Assembly: GCA_028704885.1 (NCBI GenBank)
Contig: JAQWEN010000001.1
Coordinates: 523,107 to 587,106, forward strand
Direction of reading: 5' to 3'
DNA from: Candidatus Shapirobacteria bacterium
GTDB lineage: Bacteria > Patescibacteriota > Microgenomatia > UBA12405
DNA length: 64,000 nucleotides
The position numbers were made by a program, and so were the translations under genes. Shown piece after piece: positions 46,997 to 54,641 of the stretch (positions are counted from its first letter, which is position 1; each line of letters starts with the position of its first letter). A model generated the notes under the pieces. That model was not told where the DNA came from, made no database searches, and was given only the letters and a program-made list of their open reading frames with translations.

Positions 46997-48319
46997 ATGA
47001 ATAATTTTATAATTCCTGAAAAGGTGGAAAAGTTGATTAAAAAGTTTAGAGAAAATGGAGCTGAAATTTATATTGTCGGCGGAGCTGTTCGTGACTTGAT
47101 TTTAAAAAGAGAAGTAAAGGATTGGGATTTTACAACTAATTTAGAGCCGGAAGAAATGCAAAAGATTTTTCCCAAAAATAGTTTTTATAATAATAAATTT
47201 GGAACCATTAGTGTGGTTGAAGGCGATGATATTTTTGAAGTAACTACTTTTAGAACTGAAAAGAGTTACTCCGATTCCAGACATCCAGATGAGATTAAAT
47301 GGGGAAAAACATTAGAAGAAGATTTACAAAGAAGAGATTTTACCATTAACGCAATTGCCCTAGATTGGGATAAAAAAATAATTGATTTGTATGAAGGACA
47401 AATTGATTTGGAAAATAAAATTATTAGAACTGTAGGAAATCCAGATGAAAGATTTGGTGAAGATGCTTTAAGAATGATAAGAGCGATTAGAATTGCCAGT
47501 CAAATTGGATTTTTAATTGAAGAGAAAACTTTTGAGTCGATTCGAAAGAATGCAGAACTAATTCAAAAAATAGCCGGTGAAAGAATTAGAGATGAATTAT
47601 TCAAAATATTAACCTCCCCTATTCCTAGCCAAGGAATTATTTTATTAAAAAATTCTGGCTTGTTGCATGAGATAATTCCAGAATTATTGGATGGATACGG
47701 AATGGTTCAAAAAGGTCATCACATTGATGATGTGTGGACTCATAACTTAAAAACTTTGGATCATTGCGATACTAAAAATCCAATCACAAAATTAGCGGCA
47801 ATGCTTCATGATGTAGGAAAACCAAAATCAATGATGGGGATCGGAAAAGCAAGAACTTTTCATAATCACGAAATTATTGGATCAAGAATGGCAATGGTTA
47901 TTGGAAAAAGATTGAGACTTTCCAATAAAGAATTGGAACAATTATTTAAACTAGTGAGATGGCATATGTTTACGACTGAGGCTACTCAAACAGATAAGGC
48001 AGTGCGAAGATTTATTCGAAATGTGACTTTAGACTATATCGATGAAATGATTGCTTTAAGACGGGCTGATCGCTTGGGAAGTGGGGCTAAAGAGAGTAGT
48101 TGGCGTTGGGAATTGTTTAAAGAAAGAATTGTGGAAGTGCAAAAACAGCCATTTTGTATTAAAGATTTGAAAATTAACGGAAAAGATGTAATGGATATTT
48201 TAAAAATAAAACCGAGCCGAAAAGTCGGAGAAGTTTTAACGGCTATCTTTAAAGAAGTGGAAGAAAAACCGGAATTAAATGAAAGAGAAATTTTGTTGAA
48301 GAAAATTGAAAATTTTTAA
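46997..48319 (+). CDS. cca: CCA-adding tRNA nucleotidyltransferase with HD domain
   Basis: Pol-beta NTase head (IVGGAVRDLIL...DWDF), HD domain (HNHEIIGSRMA..., LHDVGK). Confidence 0.85.
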   Translation: MNNFIIPEKVEKLIKKFRENGAEIYIVGGAVRDLILKREVKDWDFTTNLEPEEMQKIFPKNSFYNNKFGTISVVEGDDIFEVTTFRTEKSYSDSRHPDEIKWGKTLEEDLQRRDFTINAIALDWDKKIIDLYEGQIDLENKIIRTVGNPDERFGEDALRMIRAIRIASQIGFLIEEKTFESIRKNAELIQKIAGERIRDELFKILTSPIPSQGIILLKNSGLLHEIIPELLDGYGMVQKGHHIDDVWTHNLKTLDHCDTKNPITKLAAMLHDVGKPKSMMGIGKARTFHNHEIIGSRMAMVIGKRLRLSNKELEQLFKLVRWHMFTTEATQTDKAVRRFIRNVTLDYIDEMIALRRADRLGSGAKESSWRWELFKERIVEVQKQPFCIKDLKINGKDVMDILKIKPSRKVGEVLTAIFKEVEEKPELNEREILLKKIENF

Positions 48320-48330
48320 TAGGATGGCTT

Positions 48331-49194
48331 CTATTTTTTCTTTTTATTTCTTTTGAAGAAAAGAACTAGAGGAATGGCAACACCGGTTGACGAATAAGTT
48401 CCACAAACTACACCAATTAAAAGAGCAGTGGCAAACCATTTAGTAGTGGAACCACCAAGAACAACCAAAGAAAGTAACATAAAGACAATAGTCATGGAAT
48501 TATTAATAGATCGGCTTAAAGTTTCAGTGACAGCTTGATTGGCAAGATTAACCCAATCTAAGGTTAAATTTTTTAACTTTAATTCACGAATACGATTAAA
48601 AGTAACGACGGTGTCATGGACGGATGAAGAAAGAGTGGTTAAAAGAGCAGTTACAAAAAGAGAATCTAACTCGGCACCAAAAAAATGACCTAAAATAGAA
48701 AAACTTCCAATTAAAATAAAAGTATCGTGAAGCATGGCAATAATAGCACCAGCACCAAAAGAGAAATCTTTGAAACGACGACCGATAAAAAGAAGTAAAA
48801 ACAACGACGATAAAACAATGGCCATAACTGTTTTTCGTAATAATTCTTTTCCTAAGGTGGCACCAAGAGTTTCGAATTTTAATTCCTGATAATTTTGATC
48901 TATCTTTTTGATTTCATCATTTAAAATATTTTTTTGATCAGAAGTAATGTCTTTAAACTCCAAATGATATTTGGTGTTATTTTTGGTAATAACTAATTTA
49001 TCAATGTTATTTTTAGTAAAAATTTCGGTTATTTTTGAATTCTCTGGGGCAGATGGTAAATTTAATTCCCAAACAGCACCGCCAACGAAATCGATTGATG
49101 GTTTAAATCCCCAAAAAACTATTGATAGTAACGAAGAAATTAAAAGAAGTGAAGAAATAATTAAAAATAATGGCCTAAATTTCATGATGTTCAT
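48331..49194 (-). CDS. secF: Protein translocase subunit SecF
   Basis: 6-TM SecF topology with conserved periplasmic P1 region. Follows secD directly. Confidence 0.9.
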   Translation of the reverse strand: MNIMKFRPLFLIISSLLLISSLLSIVFWGFKPSIDFVGGAVWELNLPSAPENSKITEIFTKNNIDKLVITKNNTKYHLEFKDITSDQKNILNDEIKKIDQNYQELKFETLGATLGKELLRKTVMAIVLSSLFLLLFIGRRFKDFSFGAGAIIAMLHDTFILIGSFSILGHFFGAELDSLFVTALLTTLSSSVHDTVVTFNRIRELKLKNLTLDWVNLANQAVTETLSRSINNSMTIVFMLLSLVVLGGSTTKWFATALLIGVVCGTYSSTGVAIPLVLFFKRNKKKK

Positions 49195-50561
49195 TGTTCG
49201 ATTTTCTCCTTAGCTAAAACTCTTAATAAATTTCGAGTGACAAAAACACCGGTAAAAATACCAATACCAATTCCCAGAATTAGGGTAACAGCAAATCCCC
49301 TAACCATACCAGAAGTATTTAGAAAACTCCAATTAAAAGGATTAAATAAAATTAGACCAGTAATGATAGTACAAGCATTGGCGTCTTTAATTGAATCCCA
49401 AGCTCGACCAAAACCTAATTCCATGGCATTGTTCCAATTTTTACCTTTGCGAGTTTCTTCACGCATTCTTTCAAAGATTAAAATATTACTGTCAACGGCC
49501 ATACCAATTGATAAAATAAAACCGACAACCCCAGGAAAAGTTAAAGTAATAGGAATTAATCTATATAAAGCTAGAGTAATCAGTCCATAAATAATTAAAC
49601 CGATGTCAGCAATTAAACCAAGCTTGCCATAATTTCCAATCATAAAAAATGAGACTAAAATTAGACCAACAACACCAGCAAAAATCCCTTTATTAATGGA
49701 ATCTCTGCCAAGAGTGGCATCAATTTGTGATTGCTGGATTAGATTAATTGATAGAGGTAAAGCGCCGGCATTTAGCTGAACAGCTAATTCTTTGGCTGAT
49801 TTTGTAGTGAAACTACCACTAATAACTGCCTTACCATCGGTAATTTCGGTTTGAACAGTGGGAGGAGAAGTAATAGGATAATCGTCAATTAAAATAGCAA
49901 TTCTTTTGTTTAAAAATTCTTTGGTAGCAGCAGCAAATATTTTTGATCCTTCTTCATTAAATTCTAAGGAAACTTCTGGTTCGGAATTATTGGGATTAAT
50001 AGTGACAGAGGCTTTGGTTAAATGGGAACCATTAAGACCAGTGTCTTTAGTAAAAACATCATTAAAAGTGGCTGAGGCGGTGGCTTCTGGGGCTAATTCA
50101 ACCTCGCCTTTGAATTTTAATTGAGCAGTGGTGCCAATTAATTTGATAGCACTAGAGACGTCTTCAACACCAGGTAAATCCACTTTAAGTCGGTATTGAT
50201 TTTCTTGTTTAATAATTTGAACATTTGTTTCACTAATACCAAAAAGATTTATTCTTCTTTCAATATTACTTTTTAGTGATTCTAAGGCAGAAGAAAGATC
50301 TTCTTTTTTAATCTTAGTAGTATCAATGTCAAAAGTTAAAGAAGCACCACCGGCAAGATCGAGACCAAATTTAAGATCGAGATTTTTTTTGAATTTTTCA
50401 GAACCAAAACTAAAATCCGGACGATAAAAAGTGTGCTGCCAATTTATCTTTCCTAAATTGATACTAATAGGAATTTTTTTAGGGAAATTAATAATTAGAC
50501 AAACAAATGTCAATCCTAAAATAGTCCAAAAAATTCTGATGGTTTTGTTCTTATTTGGCAT
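49191..50561 (-). CDS. secD: Protein translocase subunit SecD
   Basis: N-terminal TM helix, large periplasmic domain, C-terminal 5 TM (GLDLAGG..., FTLPGVVGFILSIGMAVDSNIL). Confidence 0.9.
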   Translation of the reverse strand: MPNKNKTIRIFWTILGLTFVCLIINFPKKIPISINLGKINWQHTFYRPDFSFGSEKFKKNLDLKFGLDLAGGASLTFDIDTTKIKKEDLSSALESLKSNIERRINLFGISETNVQIIKQENQYRLKVDLPGVEDVSSAIKLIGTTAQLKFKGEVELAPEATASATFNDVFTKDTGLNGSHLTKASVTINPNNSEPEVSLEFNEEGSKIFAAATKEFLNKRIAILIDDYPITSPPTVQTEITDGKAVISGSFTTKSAKELAVQLNAGALPLSINLIQQSQIDATLGRDSINKGIFAGVVGLILVSFFMIGNYGKLGLIADIGLIIYGLITLALYRLIPITLTFPGVVGFILSIGMAVDSNILIFERMREETRKGKNWNNAMELGFGRAWDSIKDANACTIITGLILFNPFNWSFLNTSGMVRGFAVTLILGIGIGIFTGVFVTRNLLRVLAKEKIEQ

Positions 50562-50563
50562 AA

Positions 50564-50770
50564 TTACTTAGAACCAATGAAGGAAAGTTGGCGGGGATGT
50601 CCAGAAAAAATATAGCTAATTGAAGCTTTACTTTTATTAATTTTAACCAAAACCATATCCCCTTCTTTAATATTAAATTCTTTAATTGATTTAGAAGGAA
50701 TAGTTAGGGCTAAACTATTTCCAGTTTTAATAACTTTTCTTGCTTGAGTCATTTTTTTAAATACCAGCAA
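50564..50770 (-). CDS. AbrB/MazE/SpoVT-type swapped-hairpin DNA-binding protein
   Basis: Motif KVIKTGNSLALTIPSKSIKEFNIKEGDMVLV is a classic AbrB/MazE fold signature. About 62 aa from the internal Met. Confidence 0.6.
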   Translation of the reverse strand: MLVFKKMTQARKVIKTGNSLALTIPSKSIKEFNIKEGDMVLVKINKSKASISYIFSGHPRQLSFIGSK

Positions 50771-51362
50771 TTTCTGAGGAACTACCTATTATAACGATTG
50801 GACAGCTTAAAAAAAAGTCGACAATAAATTGATCTCTTTTTTGTTTGCGCATTTGAAATTCACTTTTATCCATAACCATATAATTAATTTCGTGGCCGCG
50901 AATTTCTTCTTCTTGTTTAACTAAAATACCAACTTCTTTAAGGGAAAACAAATCACCGACAATAATTAAGTCAATACCGTCTTCGTTTCTTTTTTCACCG
51001 ACAGCGAATTTGTAATTATATAAAACTAATTTTATCGGACTTAGAGTTTCATTTTTATGCTGAAGTTTTAAACCAAGTCCAGAATTTTTATTAGCTAATA
51101 TTAAAAGATCGTAAAAAATTGGAGATTGTTTATCAGCCCAGTAATAGAGACGATTACCACGCCATTCTGATTCAATAATTCCAGCTTTTTTTAGATTATC
51201 TAATTCGCGACGAACTGAATTAATTTCCTCTTCAGTCAAACGAACTAATTGACGGACATAATAAATCTCTTTTGGGTTACTAAAAAGAATTGTAATTAAT
51301 TTTAGTCTGGTTTGAGAAACTAATAACTGTTTAAGACTAGTTTGAATTTTCATAAGAAACAC
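50757..51362 (-). CDS. Winged-helix transcriptional regulator with a C-terminal domain resembling a minimal nucleotidyltransferase
   Basis: N-terminal HTH (TRLKLITILFSNPKEIYYVRQLVRLT), C-terminal ..KRNEDGIDLIIVGDL. Overlaps the AbrB-like gene by 14 nt. Confidence 0.45.
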   Translation of the reverse strand: MFLMKIQTSLKQLLVSQTRLKLITILFSNPKEIYYVRQLVRLTEEEINSVRRELDNLKKAGIIESEWRGNRLYYWADKQSPIFYDLLILANKNSGLGLKLQHKNETLSPIKLVLYNYKFAVGEKRNEDGIDLIIVGDLFSLKEVGILVKQEEEIRGHEINYMVMDKSEFQMRKQKRDQFIVDFFLSCPIVIIGSSSEIAGI

Positions 51363-52590
51363 TGGTGTTTAATGGTAATATTTCAACCCAAATATTACCA
51401 GGGATAAAATTAACCTCTTTATTGCTACTGTCTTTAAATATGGTTCTGGCAATTCGATTGGCTTTTGACCAAGTAATTTCAGTCTTGGTGCCATTTTGGA
51501 ATAAAATTCCTTTACCAGTGCCAATCATTTCATAAAGATTATGGCCATGTTCATCAATAGATCGACTTTCTTTTGTATATTGAATAACTATATTTTTGGC
51601 GGTAATGGCTTTTTGGGTATTAAAGTCGATGTGTTCTTTACCGCCATTACTTCGGGAATAAAGATTTAAAGATGGGTCATATTTCCAAGAAACAGAATAA
51701 GCCTTATAACCAGACCAGAAATCGAAAGCAATGGTTGATGAAGAACCAGCGGAAGTATCTTTTTGGGTAAATTTCCAAGCCTGATAAGATTTATCCCAGG
51801 CAGTTTTTTTGACTTCAGTCATATTAGTAAGGCCGCGATTGGCAGCAATATTGTAAAGTTCGCTACTAGAACAATACATAGTGTGTTCAGTGGCTCTATC
51901 TTGACCAGTTCGATCTGGTTCACGACGACAAGCCTTGTAAGATAAAGAGAATTGACTTAAATCGCCCCAAGTGCCTTGATTATTCCAACCGTATTTGGCA
52001 ATTTGTTCGATGGCCTGAGCTTTGGTGTTAGTAGTACAAGGACTTTTGGCATCAGCAGCACTACAGTTAGCACCACCAACATGGTTATAAAGAGGATAAT
52101 CAGCGTATTCGGAGGCAATATCTAAGAAATAAGTTCTAGCTGAACGAACTGGGCCAACATCATATTTATTTTCTGAGTCAGCTTCGGTAGCAACAATTCC
52201 ACAATAAAAAACACCCATAAATCGGGTAATACCACCTTCGGCGACAGCTTCGTAAACAATATCGGCTGATTGTAAACCGGATTGAGGTCGAGCCTCTTCA
52301 TGATTTTCAATCATGACGGTTAATGGTCGTCTTTTTGACCAAATAGCTTTTTCTTCTTTGGTATAAAGTTGACCATTAAGAGGACAGATTTCAGTTTTTG
52401 GACCGGAAAAAGCGGATGTTTTAGATGAAAGGTCGCCAGTTTTTTCATCTTTGGTAACTTTATTACCACTAGGAGAAAGTGAAATTTCTGAACCAGAAGG
52501 AATTAAGAAATCAAATAAATAATAAGAAATACCGGTAATAAATAAGAATACGCCTAAATATCCTATATTTTTTAATATTTTTTTATCCAT
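51337..52590 (-). CDS. Secreted or membrane-anchored hypothetical protein (possibly DUF3048/YerB-like lipoprotein)
   Basis: N-terminal TM/signal segment, then a large hydrophilic domain of 417 aa. Family assignment is a guess from size and architecture only. Confidence 0.3.
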   Translation of the reverse strand: MDKKILKNIGYLGVFLFITGISYYLFDFLIPSGSEISLSPSGNKVTKDEKTGDLSSKTSAFSGPKTEICPLNGQLYTKEEKAIWSKRRPLTVMIENHEEARPQSGLQSADIVYEAVAEGGITRFMGVFYCGIVATEADSENKYDVGPVRSARTYFLDIASEYADYPLYNHVGGANCSAADAKSPCTTNTKAQAIEQIAKYGWNNQGTWGDLSQFSLSYKACRREPDRTGQDRATEHTMYCSSSELYNIAANRGLTNMTEVKKTAWDKSYQAWKFTQKDTSAGSSSTIAFDFWSGYKAYSVSWKYDPSLNLYSRSNGGKEHIDFNTQKAITAKNIVIQYTKESRSIDEHGHNLYEMIGTGKGILFQNGTKTEITWSKANRIARTIFKDSSNKEVNFIPGNIWVEILPLNTSVSYENSN

Positions 52591-52597
52591 TTAAAAA

Positions 52598-52948
52598 TTA
52601 ATTTTTAATAGTTTTAACTATAGCGGATTTTTCTTCCTTTGACAAAGTGATATTTTCACCTAATCCATTTTTGACAGGTTTGGCATAAATTCTAGTAATA
52701 TCACGGTTATGGAGTGAAGTAATGATGGCTCCAGAGTTATTTTTATCTAAAATAGTCAGGATAAAGCTTTGATCACCACCAACATCGTCAAAAGGATTAA
52801 ATCTAGTTATGCCTATTTTAAGGCTATTATCTAATTTATCTAAATCTACAGCTTTATTTTTAGAATTATTTTTAATATAAACTAAGTACGTTAGGTAGCA
52901 AAGCCACAATAAATTGATTATTAATATTAAATATATTAAGAAAGACAT
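52598..52948 (-). CDS. Small membrane-anchored hypothetical protein
   Basis: 116 aa with an N-terminal hydrophobic helix. No motif recognised. Confidence 0.3.
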   Translation of the reverse strand: MSFLIYLILIINLLWLCYLTYLVYIKNNSKNKAVDLDKLDNSLKIGITRFNPFDDVGGDQSFILTILDKNNSGAIITSLHNRDITRIYAKPVKNGLGENITLSKEEKSAIVKTIKN

Positions 52949-53000
52949 CGATTACTAATTGTAGCAAAACAATATGCTATACTGGCGATAGAAACACATA

Positions 53001-53108
53001 ATGAACGAAAATAAATATATTAAAAAAGATTTATTAAGAAGTTTGATTTTAAGCGTGATTTCAATTGGGATTATCATAGTTATTTACTACCTAAAAAATG
53101 GTTATTAG
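53001..53108 (+). CDS. Candidate 35-aa single-TM micropeptide (not in the ORF track)
   Basis: ATG...TAG encoding MNENKYIKKDLLRSLILSVISIGIIIVIYYLKNGY. Weak RBS. Sits in an otherwise empty intergenic region. Confidence 0.2.
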   Translation: MNENKYIKKDLLRSLILSVISIGIIIVIYYLKNGY

Positions 53109-53141
53109 AAATTATTATTTTTATAAGGGGGGTGAAAATTA

Positions 53142-53318
53142 ATGCCAACAATTAAATTTTATAACGTTAAATCACGCAAATCTATCGAAATTGACGTAAG
53201 TAAAGTAGAAAAAGTTATGTTGAAAAACGGTAGACCAGCAGCTCAAACTATTGATCCAGAAACTGGAACCAAAATGTTTAAAATCTTATCAGCCGCTGAT
53301 GCAGCTTTATTGAAATAA
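53142..53318 (+). CDS. 58-aa small basic protein resembling archaeal Sul7d/Cren7 SH3-fold chromatin proteins (not in the ORF track)
   Basis: Strong SD (AAGGGGGGTG) 8 nt upstream of the ATG. Followed by a perfect rho-independent terminator. Sequence MPTIKFYNVKSRKSIEIDVSKVEKVMLKNGRPAAQTIDPETGTKMFKILSAADAALLK aligns by eye with Sso7d ([24 protein letters not shown]...) and Cren7 (...DPETGKYFRHKL). Confidence 0.5.
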   Translation: MPTIKFYNVKSRKSIEIDVSKVEKVMLKNGRPAAQTIDPETGTKMFKILSAADAALLK

Positions 53319-53340
53319 TAAAGAAATAGATTTAAGCTTA

Positions 53341-53376
53341 AACCCCCCGAAATTTCGGGGGGTATTTGTTTTTATA
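53341..53376 (+). terminator. Rho-independent terminator
   Basis: CCCCCCGAAATTTCGGGGGG perfect GC-rich hairpin followed by TATTTGTTTTT. Confidence 0.85.
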
Positions 53377-53394
53377 GATATTTAAGGCTATAAT
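53366..53394 (+). promoter_or_regulatory. Promoter candidate for RNase P RNA
   Basis: TTGTTT (53366-53371), 17-nt spacer, TATAAT (53389-53394). Lies 4-7 nt upstream of the P1 5' end. Confidence 0.4.
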
Positions 53395-53397
53395 TTA

Positions 53398-53662
53398 GAT
53401 ATCCTAAAGAGATTGAGAGGCTTATCCCGATTTCTAACGAAATCGCGGAAGGAAAGTCCGGACCACAAAAAGCACAGAAGTCCATACGGACCAGGGCGTA
53501 AGCTTTGGGCGCTGCTACAGAGACGAGAAATGTGAAACGCGCATCCTTCTGGTGGAAATCTCAAGATGAAACGTTAATATCTAGCTTTTGAGAGTTTCAG
53601 GTAGAGAGAGTAGATTGATGGCCTCTAAACAGAATCCGGCTTATCAATGTCTTTGGGATATT
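53398..53662 (+). ncRNA. rnpB: RNase P RNA (rnpB), unusually short (~265 nt)
   Basis: Universally conserved P4 halves GGAAAGTCCGGAC (5') and ACAGAATCCGGCTTA (3'). P1 pairing between atatcctaaagagattga (53399-53416) and tcaatgtctttgggatat (53645-53662). Internal GTGAAAC-type P11/P12 junction. Confidence 0.75.
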
Positions 53663-53663
53663 T

Positions 53664-54641
53664 TTATTCCGATTCTTTAGAAAGACCCTTAACAACGGCT
53701 TGGATAGTCAAAAAAAGTGGAATAGCTAAAAGAGCGCCAACAATTCCAGCTAATTGACTGCCGGTGATAATTAAAAGAATGGTGACCAATGGATTTAGGC
53801 CAACAGTACTTCTCATTATTTTGGGAACAATAAAATTGTTTTCTAGTTGTTGAACTAAAACCCCAAAAATAACAGTAAAAATGGCAGTTAAAGGTGAAAT
53901 TGTTAAAGCAAAAAGTCCGGCAATAACAGTCGTAACAATTGGACCAATATTGGGAATTGCTTCGAGCAAACCAGCAATAATAGCTAATGGAAGGGCATAT
54001 TTTAAACCAAGAATTAAATAACCGACATAGGAAAGAAGTCCAATAATGAGCATTAATAGAAGCTGAGCATTAACCCAACTACCAAGACTTGATTCTATAT
54101 TATTCATTATTCTTAAAAACTTTATCTTGCCTTTTTCACCAAAAAAATTGTCACCATATTTAGGAAAATTATTTTTTTCCAATAAAAGATAAAAAGTAAT
54201 GACGAAGATAATTAAACCAGAAAAAATATTTGAAGCTAATGAAACAGCAATTTTAGCAATATTTGAGGGAATAGTTTCCAAAATCTTAAATTGAGAAGAT
54301 AAATCGATAGTATTTTCGCTAAATATTTTGACGTTTTGAATAATTTGAGGCAAACTGTTAATTAGACCGGCAGTTTGTTCAATTAAAATTGGAATTATTC
54401 CGGCAATAGCAAAAGAAACAGCAGCAATAATTAAAAGATAAACAATTAAAATAGCAAATACTCTGGGGATTTTTATTTTTTCAAGTTGACGAACTACTGG
54501 ATTTACAGCCTCCATTAAAACAAAACCAACAAAAATTAAAACAAGGATACTTCTTATCTGCCAAAAAAAGGCCAGAGCCAATAAAAAAGCAACGGTAAAA
54601 ATTACGGTTTTGTGAGAAATTTCTATTTTTCTGGTTTTCAT
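53664..54641 (-). CDS. AI-2E family transporter (PerM/YhhT-like permease)
   Basis: 8-TM protein with the C-terminal AI-2E signature (LENNFIVPKIMRSTVGLNPLVTILLIITGSQLAGIVGALLAIPL). Confidence 0.7.
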   Translation of the reverse strand: MKTRKIEISHKTVIFTVAFLLALAFFWQIRSILVLIFVGFVLMEAVNPVVRQLEKIKIPRVFAILIVYLLIIAAVSFAIAGIIPILIEQTAGLINSLPQIIQNVKIFSENTIDLSSQFKILETIPSNIAKIAVSLASNIFSGLIIFVITFYLLLEKNNFPKYGDNFFGEKGKIKFLRIMNNIESSLGSWVNAQLLLMLIIGLLSYVGYLILGLKYALPLAIIAGLLEAIPNIGPIVTTVIAGLFALTISPLTAIFTVIFGVLVQQLENNFIVPKIMRSTVGLNPLVTILLIITGSQLAGIVGALLAIPLFLTIQAVVKGLSKESE

